A stretch of DNA of 64,000 bases from NCBI RefSeq assembly GCF_001677475.2, contig NZ_CP015229.1. One strand, 5' to 3'. Positions 58,099 through 64,000 of this stretch are shown in pieces. Source of the DNA: Escherichia coli. GTDB taxonomy: Bacteria > Pseudomonadota > Gammaproteobacteria > Enterobacterales > Enterobacteriaceae. The notes under the pieces were generated by a model that saw nothing but the letters and a program-made list of their open reading frames with translations, had not been told where the DNA came from and did no database searches. The number at the start of each line of letters is the position of its first letter. Position 1 is the stretch's first letter. The position numbers were made by a program, and so were the translations under genes.

Positions 58099-60549
58099 TT
58101 AAAAATCAACCGGATTCGGGATCAGTTTTTGCCAGATTGCTGAAACGTATTTTGCCTGGTAACGAGCGTCATCAAGTGCATTATGGCGCTCACCTTCGAA
58201 TGGGATAGCTGTTCTGGCATCGAAGTCTATGGCTTTCCCCAGCTCAACGATTGTGCGTACATCGCGATCGTTGCAGTAGCGCCAAGGGCAGGGGATACCC
58301 TGTCGTTCGTATGAACGGCGTAAAATCACGTTGTCGAAGTTGGCCCCATTACCCCAGACCTGAACAAAAAATTCACCGGAGTTTTCGTCGATAAATTCCC
58401 GCAATTGCAGCAGTGCATCATCTAACGGGATTTCATCGGTCAGAATGGCAGATTGCGCCTCGCGTGATTGCTTAAGCCACCATTTTATGGTGTCACGATT
58501 AATGACTCCGCCAGCAGTTTCCAGATCGATGGTCTTACTAAATTCCGGCCCCATATCTCCGGTTTGCGGATCGAAAAATATTGCACCTATTGAGATAATC
58601 GGGGCATCGGGATTTTTTCCCATGGTTTCAAGGTCGATCATAAGATGGTCACATGACCTGCTTGTGGATGTGATATTGTGATAACCGTTCACCTTAATTA
58701 AGGGATCTGTTGCTTCGCCAGTTTCATTATCGCTGGCGTGATGCTGATTGCCTCCAGTGTTCTCCTTGTGTGGATGTTCAGCGCCTTCCATTTCCTCCGG
58801 ATCATTCTCCTGAGCTTCAACCTGATTCTCTTCATCGAATGTTTCCTGGTATGTTGCGTTTCCCATGACCGCGCCACAGTCAGGACAGTTGCCGCCGCTG
58901 CTCTGACCGCAGACGGTGCAGACTTTTTCCGGTTCCTGTTGCACTACTGGTTCGGATTGTTTCGTTTCTGGTTCGTTTTGTTGCGCATTTGGGCTGTTTT
59001 GTTCCGCTTTCTGGTCGTTCTGTGCCGTTTCTTGCTGGTTCTGGTTCACAGAATCGCGGGTTTCAATCCCCTTCACCCATTTCGGATCATTCGGGTCGCT
59101 AATCCCTGCAACAAATTCACCACGTGATGCAGCGAGCAACTGACTGGCGTCAGGCAGGCTGATATTGGCTGCCTGCATAATTTTGTTTACTTCGTCAGCG
59201 GTAACTTTTACCTGATTAACCGGATCTATCTGTGCCTGAGTATCCAGCGATTGCGTGTCCTGGCGAAGTTCAGTTGTATCCGGCTCCATTGCTTCAGTCG
59301 TTGCCTGTTCATCTGCCATTGCGTCAGACGGTTGTGATTTTTCATCATTATTTTTTTCTTCTTCTGTTTCGCGTTTAGCAGCCAGTTCGCGGTTAACTTC
59401 TTCCTGGATATCTTTTTCCGGTGTATGTCGTGCAGCAGCGAGAGTTTCTTCGGTAGGGTTCTCGTGATCAGTCTCCGTTAAGTGGGCGTTGATATACTCC
59501 TGAAGGCGTCCCGGGTAGAGATAAAGTTCAGGGTGAGCACTTCGGATAAGTGCAAAAATAGCGGCACGGGAATAATCCAGAATACCAGGGGTTGCGCGAA
59601 GTGCTGCGGACCATTCTTTGAACGGACTTTCTTTCTTCCGGACGACTTCTTTTGCGCGACGATAAACGCTGCCCGGAATTTCATAAATATTAAAATCCAT
59701 CGGAAGTGTGGCCGCTGCAATCTCCACATCCAGCGTATCGAAGGTGTGTACTAAATTCGGATTGCGATCGGTTTTGTTCCCGCCGCCAGCATTAGCACCG
59801 GAAGCCGTGCGGATGATGCGTGAAACACGATTCCCCTTCATCCACTCTTTTGTAAGCAGACCGCGATCGGTGTAGTCAGCGCCCAGGTATGCTTCGAAAA
59901 AAGCAGTCATCAGTCCCAGGTCTGAATTGCCAGGATTAGGGAAAACTTTGTCAGTGTCACGAACCAGTTTGTGGAGATCGCGAATTTCCAGCGGTTCGAG
60001 TTGCGCTGCTTTATTTGAGATGGCCAGCGCGGTAACGGCGGGAAGTTTTTCATCCTGTGCGTTATGTAATGCGCGCAGTTCGCCCCGCGAAACGTGAGTG
60101 ATCGGTTTTTCGCTGCCGTGCTGAGCAAGCCAGCGAATGGGAAGTATCTGGCCAGAAACCGGGAGTAGCATATTCTCCTCAATATCAGTCATGTCTTCGC
60201 CGTTGACGTTGGTATTGTCAGTGCTGGCTGGTTTATCCTGAACAGAGGGCGCGATAAATACCATTGTGATACCATCTTCCCCGCCTTTTTCGTATCGGTT
60301 GCAGAATTCGGTATCAAACACACCTTCCGGAGGCAGGTCATTCACAACGGGTAAATGGACGCGGACGGGTTTTTTAAAGTCGTCTTCATCATAATCGTTG
60401 TCATCCATTGCGGTAATACAACGGGAGATGGCAACAGATAATTTTTTTGCTGTGGTCCAGTAAAAACCACCTTTAATTCCCAGGCGTTTTCTGACTTTGT
60501 CATTTTTTGCTTCGCAATATAGCGCAAATTCTTCTTTTTCAGTGCTCAT
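58099..60549 (-). CDS. Large prophage protein: unknown N-terminal domain, acidic/Gln-rich low-complexity linker, CxxC-x9-CxxC zinc ribbon, C-terminal DnaQ-like (DEDDh) 3'-5' exonuclease domain
   Basis: 816 aa; exonuclease motifs IDLETMG (Exo I), WGNGANFDNVIL (Exo II), HNALDDARY (Exo III) in last ~185 aa (about 58102-58656); SD GAGG 7 nt upstream of ATG. Confidence 0.75.
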   Translation of the reverse strand: MSTEKEEFALYCEAKNDKVRKRLGIKGGFYWTTAKKLSVAISRCITAMDDNDYDEDDFKKPVRVHLPVVNDLPPEGVFDTEFCNRYEKGGEDGITMVFIAPSVQDKPASTDNTNVNGEDMTDIEENMLLPVSGQILPIRWLAQHGSEKPITHVSRGELRALHNAQDEKLPAVTALAISNKAAQLEPLEIRDLHKLVRDTDKVFPNPGNSDLGLMTAFFEAYLGADYTDRGLLTKEWMKGNRVSRIIRTASGANAGGGNKTDRNPNLVHTFDTLDVEIAAATLPMDFNIYEIPGSVYRRAKEVVRKKESPFKEWSAALRATPGILDYSRAAIFALIRSAHPELYLYPGRLQEYINAHLTETDHENPTEETLAAARHTPEKDIQEEVNRELAAKRETEEEKNNDEKSQPSDAMADEQATTEAMEPDTTELRQDTQSLDTQAQIDPVNQVKVTADEVNKIMQAANISLPDASQLLAASRGEFVAGISDPNDPKWVKGIETRDSVNQNQQETAQNDQKAEQNSPNAQQNEPETKQSEPVVQQEPEKVCTVCGQSSGGNCPDCGAVMGNATYQETFDEENQVEAQENDPEEMEGAEHPHKENTGGNQHHASDNETGEATDPLIKVNGYHNITSTSRSCDHLMIDLETMGKNPDAPIISIGAIFFDPQTGDMGPEFSKTIDLETAGGVINRDTIKWWLKQSREAQSAILTDEIPLDDALLQLREFIDENSGEFFVQVWGNGANFDNVILRRSYERQGIPCPWRYCNDRDVRTIVELGKAIDFDARTAIPFEGERHNALDDARYQAKYVSAIWQKLIPNPVDF

Positions 60550-60639
60550 TGATAAACCTCATTACAGATTTAAGGGTGAACAAATCCCTGCCATTGCTGG
60601 CATATAAAAATGAAACCGGATATTTATTACTGTGCTGTT

Positions 60640-60831
60640 TTAAAGTCCTGCCGGGACTTCGTTATTATCCATGCGAATAACTTTATCGACCGGATAACAG
60701 TTACCGGGAATTTTTTGTTCTGCTGCGGCAGCCATGCATTCTTTCATTGAACCGTATAAGCCAGTCACCAGCTCAAGAGATTCGCCGGAAACAAGATAAA
60801 CTGTCAGAACGAGTGCAAATGTTGTATTCAT
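60640..60831 (-). CDS. Hypothetical small protein (63 aa) with hydrophobic N-terminal segment
   Basis: ATG preceded by AAGGA SD; start overlaps upstream stop (ATGA); sequence MNTTFALVLTVYLVSG suggests signal/TM segment. Confidence 0.55.
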   Translation of the reverse strand: MNTTFALVLTVYLVSGESLELVTGLYGSMKECMAAAAEQKIPGNCYPVDKVIRMDNNEVPAGL

Positions 60832-61016
60832 TGTTTATATCCTTTTTGCCGCAGGTCCAGACGAGCCAGCATTGAAGGAATGCATACTTCATTTAACAGG
60901 TCCTGCTCGAGTGTTCTCTGCTTAATGGCGTCTTCAATAAATGTTTTGTCTCCGGTGATAACGCCAATTTCGAAACGAAGTTCAGACGTACTGGCATTGC
61001 ATGATAACTTTTCCAT
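60828..61016 (-). CDS. Hypothetical small protein (62 aa)
   Basis: ATG preceded by GAGGA SD at 7-nt spacing; translationally coupled to downstream 63-aa gene. Confidence 0.55.
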   Translation of the reverse strand: MEKLSCNASTSELRFEIGVITGDKTFIEDAIKQRTLEQDLLNEVCIPSMLARLDLRQKGYKQ

Positions 61017-61033
61017 TATCGCGTCCTCAACAA

Positions 61034-61186
61034 TGAATTTTGTGATGCGGTGCCTGGTGCCTCCAGGTGACGTTAACCAGTTAACAATTAACGCCGGAGT
61101 ATTTCACGTTACGCCAGTAAAGGACCGCTTTACTGTTTTAACTGTTCCGCGTGCGCTTAGCCGCATTCACCGCATCACAAAATTCA
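61034..61186. repeat. 19-bp perfect inverted repeat (TGAATTTTGTGATGCGGTG / CACCGCATCACAAAATTCA) flanking a 115-bp hairpin-rich spacer
   Basis: Arms at 61034-61052 and 61168-61186; spacer holds nested hairpins cctgg-tgcct-ccagg, cgttaa...ttaacg and cagtaaag-gaccg-ctttactg; no ORF over 26 aa on the minus strand across 61017-61573. Confidence 0.7.
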
Positions 61187-61573
61187 CTTTAAAAAGGGCG
61201 GACATCAGCCAGCAATGAAAACTGATGCCGCCAAAGGTACCAATCAACATGGAGTGTTGCGGCGGGGTTGTCACTCAGGCGTATGGTCAACCTGACAACC
61301 CGGTGTCACCAGTGGGGGTAAGGAAAACCCCGCCATACTTACCGCCGCGCCATTTCGCGGAGTGCCACAACCGGAAGCGCACGGTCGACGAAAATTTAAC
61401 GACAGGCTATCTATGAACCATAAACCTCGCCGTGCGCTTTCGCGTTATGCCCTGACTTTTCAGGGAAATATCCTTTCAGTAAACTGTCAGTGCCGGATGT
61501 TCACCCGTGTCCGGCGCACGCACTCCACCTCACCCGTGGAGAACCCCTTAATTACCAACCCTCAGGAGAGTGA

Positions 61574-61807
61574 ATGTTAAAATCAACTCTTATTGCTAAA
61601 TGCCTTTATCAAAATCGCATGGTAAGCAGCATTTCAATAGGCGAGTCTGCAGTTAAAAGTATTTTCGAAGAGTTCTTTCCCGGGCATGATTTTAATAAAT
61701 GGAATACCAAATTACCGCCAGCAGTTTCAACGCGTATTCTGAAAGCAACTGAAAGAGCAAGTACAATTCGCGTTAACTATTTCATTAAAGATTTGTGGGA
61801 TCTTTGA
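61574..61807 (+). CDS. Hypothetical AT-rich small protein (77 aa), opposite orientation to neighbours
   Basis: ATG preceded by AGGAGA SD; low GC relative to surroundings; 3' end overlaps convergent 135-aa gene by 23 bp. Confidence 0.45.
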   Translation: MLKSTLIAKCLYQNRMVSSISIGESAVKSIFEEFFPGHDFNKWNTKLPPAVSTRILKATERASTIRVNYFIKDLWDL

Positions 61808-62192
61808 TATCCACAGAGCCTAAAGTATGTGCATATGGATGTGCTATTGTGCGCCCTCGCAGATTTGCATCATTTTCTAAATTCACTGAACGAAACAGGG
61901 CATCAACAAGGCTCTGTACAATGCAAAGGCAATCGAAGACTGTCGCTGTTTCTGTTTTGATTGATGAAAGAACATGGCCATTCACGCAAACAGAAATTAC
62001 CCGTTCATTAACATCGCTTTCCTGCTTTTGATTATCAGAACTATATAGCCCAGAAAAAGCATTGCGCACATTATGAACCATATTATCGATGGTTTCTTTT
62101 TCTACGGTACTCAGGTCAAGAGTCGCCAGTTGAGAACGAACTATATTCGCTGCCATTTCCTGGAATGGTACTGGTAAATCTTTAAATTCCAT
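61785..62192 (-). CDS. Hypothetical protein (135 aa; alternative start at 62204 gives 139 aa)
   Basis: ATG at 62192 with GAGG 6 nt upstream; upstream gene stop TGA lies within the ribosome-binding region, implying coupling; no recognisable motif. Confidence 0.6.
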   Translation of the reverse strand: MEFKDLPVPFQEMAANIVRSQLATLDLSTVEKETIDNMVHNVRNAFSGLYSSDNQKQESDVNERVISVCVNGHVLSSIKTETATVFDCLCIVQSLVDALFRSVNLENDANLRGRTIAHPYAHTLGSVDIKDPTNL

Positions 62193-62207
62193 CGTCAACC
62201 TCATCAG

Positions 62208-62423
62208 TCAGTGGTTTTCAATCTCTCGTGAAACGTTTAATGCCGCGCTTTTTGCCAGAGTGGTAATATCCAGCTCCGCTGACGCCAGTTCTTTAGAGAG
62301 GTGCTCTTTGTTGTTAGCAGCCTGTTTCAGGTCATTAATGGCGCGTATCTTCCCGAACATCCATTCGTAAATTTCATCATCGGTATAGCCTGGTGCGATG
62401 ATGGTGGGTTCTGGTTTCTGCAT
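62208..62423 (-). CDS. Hypothetical protein (71 aa)
   Basis: ATG at 62423 preceded by AAGGAG at 5-nt spacing (track ORF starts at an upstream GTG, 62462); first gene of a two-gene coupled unit. Confidence 0.6.
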   Translation of the reverse strand: MQKPEPTIIAPGYTDDEIYEWMFGKIRAINDLKQAANNKEHLSKELASAELDITTLAKSAALNVSREIENH

Positions 62424-62515
62424 GTCAGCTCCTTGTGGTTCGCATTGCCTGCTTTTAACCACGTCAGGCGAGGTGGTATCCTCTGAGGGGTCTGTTACTC
62501 GAGAGGAAATTGGTT

Positions 62516-62716
62516 ATGAATACAATCAAGTTTTCTTGCCCAGAATGTGGTGGCGAAGTCTTTGACACATCCTTTAAGCCGCAGGGCTCTGACAGTTTCG
62601 CGGGAGCCATCTGCAAAAATTGTGGTCACCTTGTAACTGAAGATGAGTCCTCGCAGTTCGATGACGAAATCGTTGATAATATCTTCGGCGCACTCACCAG
62701 AGATTTCCTGAAGTAA
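62516..62716 (+). CDS. Small zinc-ribbon protein (66 aa)
   Basis: CPEC-x19-CKNC motif; GAGAGGA SD 8 nt upstream of ATG; divergent from the 71-aa gene with 92-bp shared upstream region; fewer rare codons than the overlapping antisense ORF. Confidence 0.5.
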   Translation: MNTIKFSCPECGGEVFDTSFKPQGSDSFAGAICKNCGHLVTEDESSQFDDEIVDNIFGALTRDFLK

Positions 62717-63030
62717 AAGCGCATGCCGTTTAGTTACCGCTCTGATCATTCTTACTTGTCCGGTAATGGCGCTGACATCAGTATAAAGCGCCATTGCTGC
62801 TTCTTTGCCGATCCCAGGATGCCTTCCATTCTGATGTTTGACTTCGCCCACTGAGAAATCCTCTGTTTCCCCTTAACGCCGGGGTAGCGGAACAAAAACC
62901 TGCTGCATAGTTAAAGTTGAACCCTGCCGTCATGTTCTTACGCCTCGGGCTGGCTACTTAACCCCTGACCACTGCCTGGTAACTCGAAGTATTGCCCTGC
63001 GTTTTGTGGGGCGGGGTGGGTTAGTAAAAA

Positions 63031-63052
63031 TAGTTTATACAAAAATAAACTA
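63031..63052. repeat. 22-bp palindrome TAGTTTATACAAAAATAAACTA (candidate operator or structural site)
   Basis: Perfect 8-bp arms around a 6-bp AT core, in the 400-bp non-coding gap between the zinc-ribbon gene and the ParE-like gene. Confidence 0.5.
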
Positions 63053-63116
63053 AACAGTCAATATGCAACTTAACTCTTTGGCGAGGATAACCCCTGTTGA
63101 GAGGGGCTTCGGGGGA

Positions 63117-63404
63117 TTAAGGTGTTACAGGGAACTGTCGGCGGGCGTGAACTACGCTAACAATTTCAATGCCTGAAATTGTCACGCGGTATAGAATTAT
63201 GTAATTGGGGTGAGCAACAATTTCACGCAAACCCGGAACTCTGTCGCTTGGCGGGTATAAATACGGATGCTCAGATAATGGCAGGACGCAAGTCCTTAAG
63301 CGTTTCCACAAACGTTCTGCCGCATCTATATCAAAACGAGCAATATAGCTAGTTATATCATCCAAGTCGGCATCTGCGCTTTCGAGCCATAAAACCGGTA
63401 ACAT
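63117..63404 (-). CDS. parE: ParE/RelE-family toxin
   Basis: 95 aa; family pattern (LPVLWLESADADLDDITSYIA ... PGLREIVAHPNYIILYRVTISGIEIVSVVHARR); start abuts antitoxin stop (TAAATG). Confidence 0.8.
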   Translation of the reverse strand: MLPVLWLESADADLDDITSYIARFDIDAAERLWKRLRTCVLPLSEHPYLYPPSDRVPGLREIVAHPNYIILYRVTISGIEIVSVVHARRQFPVTP

Positions 63405-63596
63405 TTACTGCTTGCTCCGTTCCTTGCGCATGTTAGCAAAGCGTTCAGCCATTCTGCGTTCAACTTCGTCATGTGGGATGGCTGGACGTGGATCAGCAAG
63501 GCTTGCGGCCACTTTTGCACGCAGCCATTCGTTATAACTATTTTCTTGCTCGATGGTTTCAAATTCAGAAACCATTGGTGAAAGGGCTGTGTTCAT
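63405..63596 (-). CDS. Small antitoxin (63 aa), PaaA-like partner of the ParE-like toxin
   Basis: ATG at 63596 with GAGG SD; immediately upstream of toxin; size and position as in recalled three-component paaR-paaA-parE modules. Confidence 0.7.
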   Translation of the reverse strand: MNTALSPMVSEFETIEQENSYNEWLRAKVAASLADPRPAIPHDEVERRMAERFANMRKERSKQ

Positions 63597-63631
63597 GGCG
63601 AACCTCGTTTTGTAAGTGCTGGTAATTCTGC

Positions 63632-64000
63632 CTAGGTAACTTTTTGTTGTGCTGCTAGCCACCTTGCAACTATACGATCCATTGTCTCTTTTTTTTCCTT
63701 CATATCTTTAAGTATTTGCTGTTGATCTTCCTCTGGAAATGCCTCAAATGTTTGAAGTAGCTCCTTTTGCTTAGGAGATATTTTTAATATATCCTGTGTT
63801 TTGTCTTCTTTTTCTTCATTTAATGGTAAGAAAAACCAATGTTGGGGAAAACCCGTTACTTCAGATAGTTTATCTAGATTAGCTGCTGTAGGGCTTGATA
63901 TACCACAAACCCACCTTTGGACGGATTGTTGAGCAATACCAATTCTGCGCGCAAGCTCTGCTTGACTCCAGCCTTTTTCTAATAGAAGCATCTTAATTCT
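63632..64000 (-). CDS. HTH XRE-family transcriptional regulator (PaaR-like), 5' end beyond window
   Basis: Helix-turn-helix signature GWSQAELARRIGIAQQSVQRW; frame open to window edge; 35 bp upstream of the antitoxin gene. Confidence 0.75.
   Translation of the reverse strand, partial: RIKMLLLEKGWSQAELARRIGIAQQSVQRWVCGISSPTAANLDKLSEVTGFPQHWFFLPLNEEKEDKTQDILKISPKQKELLQTFEAFPEEDQQQILKDMKEKKETMDRIVARWLAAQQKVT

Larger units (their letters stand above)
56592..64000. mobile_element. Left end of a lambdoid-type prophage or integrative element inserted in serT (continues beyond window)
   Basis: tRNA 3' fragment, adjacent tyrosine integrase plus overlapping excisionase, small unrecognised genes, toxin-antitoxin module; K-12 gene order ends at serT. 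Confidence 0.85.

Noticed and set aside
58099-60549. Identification of the 816-aa protein as RecE/exonuclease VIII or lambda Exo
   Set aside because: Those are PD-(D/E)xK nucleases; the motifs present are DnaQ-type DEDDh, and the gene is next to xis rather than beside a recT/bet partner
61034-61186. Retron-like non-coding RNA (inverted repeats flanking a structured ~150-nt segment)
   Set aside because: No reverse-transcriptase ORF (no YxDD-containing protein) is adjacent; the only large neighbouring protein has DEDDh exonuclease motifs, so the retron interpretation is unsupported
60880-61218. 112-aa plus-strand ORF overlapping the 62-aa gene and the inverted-repeat element
   Set aside because: No ribosome-binding site, overlaps a better-supported gene on the other strand and runs through the palindromic arms; likely spurious
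62495-62851. 118-aa antisense ORF overlapping the zinc-ribbon gene
   Set aside because: Begins at GTG with no convincing SD, uses more rare codons (AGA, CGA, GGA), whereas the plus-strand ORF has a strong SD and a paired CxxC motif; kept as ambiguous, not called

Overview
The window is an Escherichia coli-type chromosomal segment, colinear with the K-12 msbA to serT interval, ending in the first ~7.4 kb of a lambdoid-style prophage inserted at tRNA-Ser (serT). About 56.6 kb is conserved core genome: msbA(3' end)-lpxK-ycaQ-ycaR-kdsB, ycbJ, elyC, cmoM-mukF-mukE-mukB, ldtD, mepK, gloC, aspC, ompF, asnS, pncB, pepN, ssuEADCB, pyrD, zapC, ycbX, rlmL-uup, pqiABC, rmf, fabA, ycbZ, matP, ompA, sulA, sxy, yccS-yccF, helD, mgsA, yccT, yccU, hspQ, rlmI, yccX, tusE, yccA. 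Gene calls rest on reading the translated ORFs for family motifs and on recalled K-12 gene order; no database search was run. Three departures from K-12 stand out in the core: ldtD is split by a -1 frameshift in a G-run, the elf/ycbQ-F fimbrial operon is missing between ssuE and pyrD, and ompA carries variant surface loops. The prophage end (56592-64000) is the most likely place for anything novel. It contains a displaced 60-nt tRNA-Ser 3' fragment (attL), int and xis, an 816-aa protein with a C-terminal DnaQ-like exonuclease domain, two translationally coupled small-gene pairs, a structured non-coding element bounded by a 19-bp perfect inverted repeat, a divergent zinc-ribbon gene, and a ParE-type three-component toxin-antitoxin module cut by the window edge. 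I could not assign any of the small prophage genes to a known defence or anti-defence family, so they are flagged as candidates only. No CRISPR array, IS element or rRNA gene was seen.
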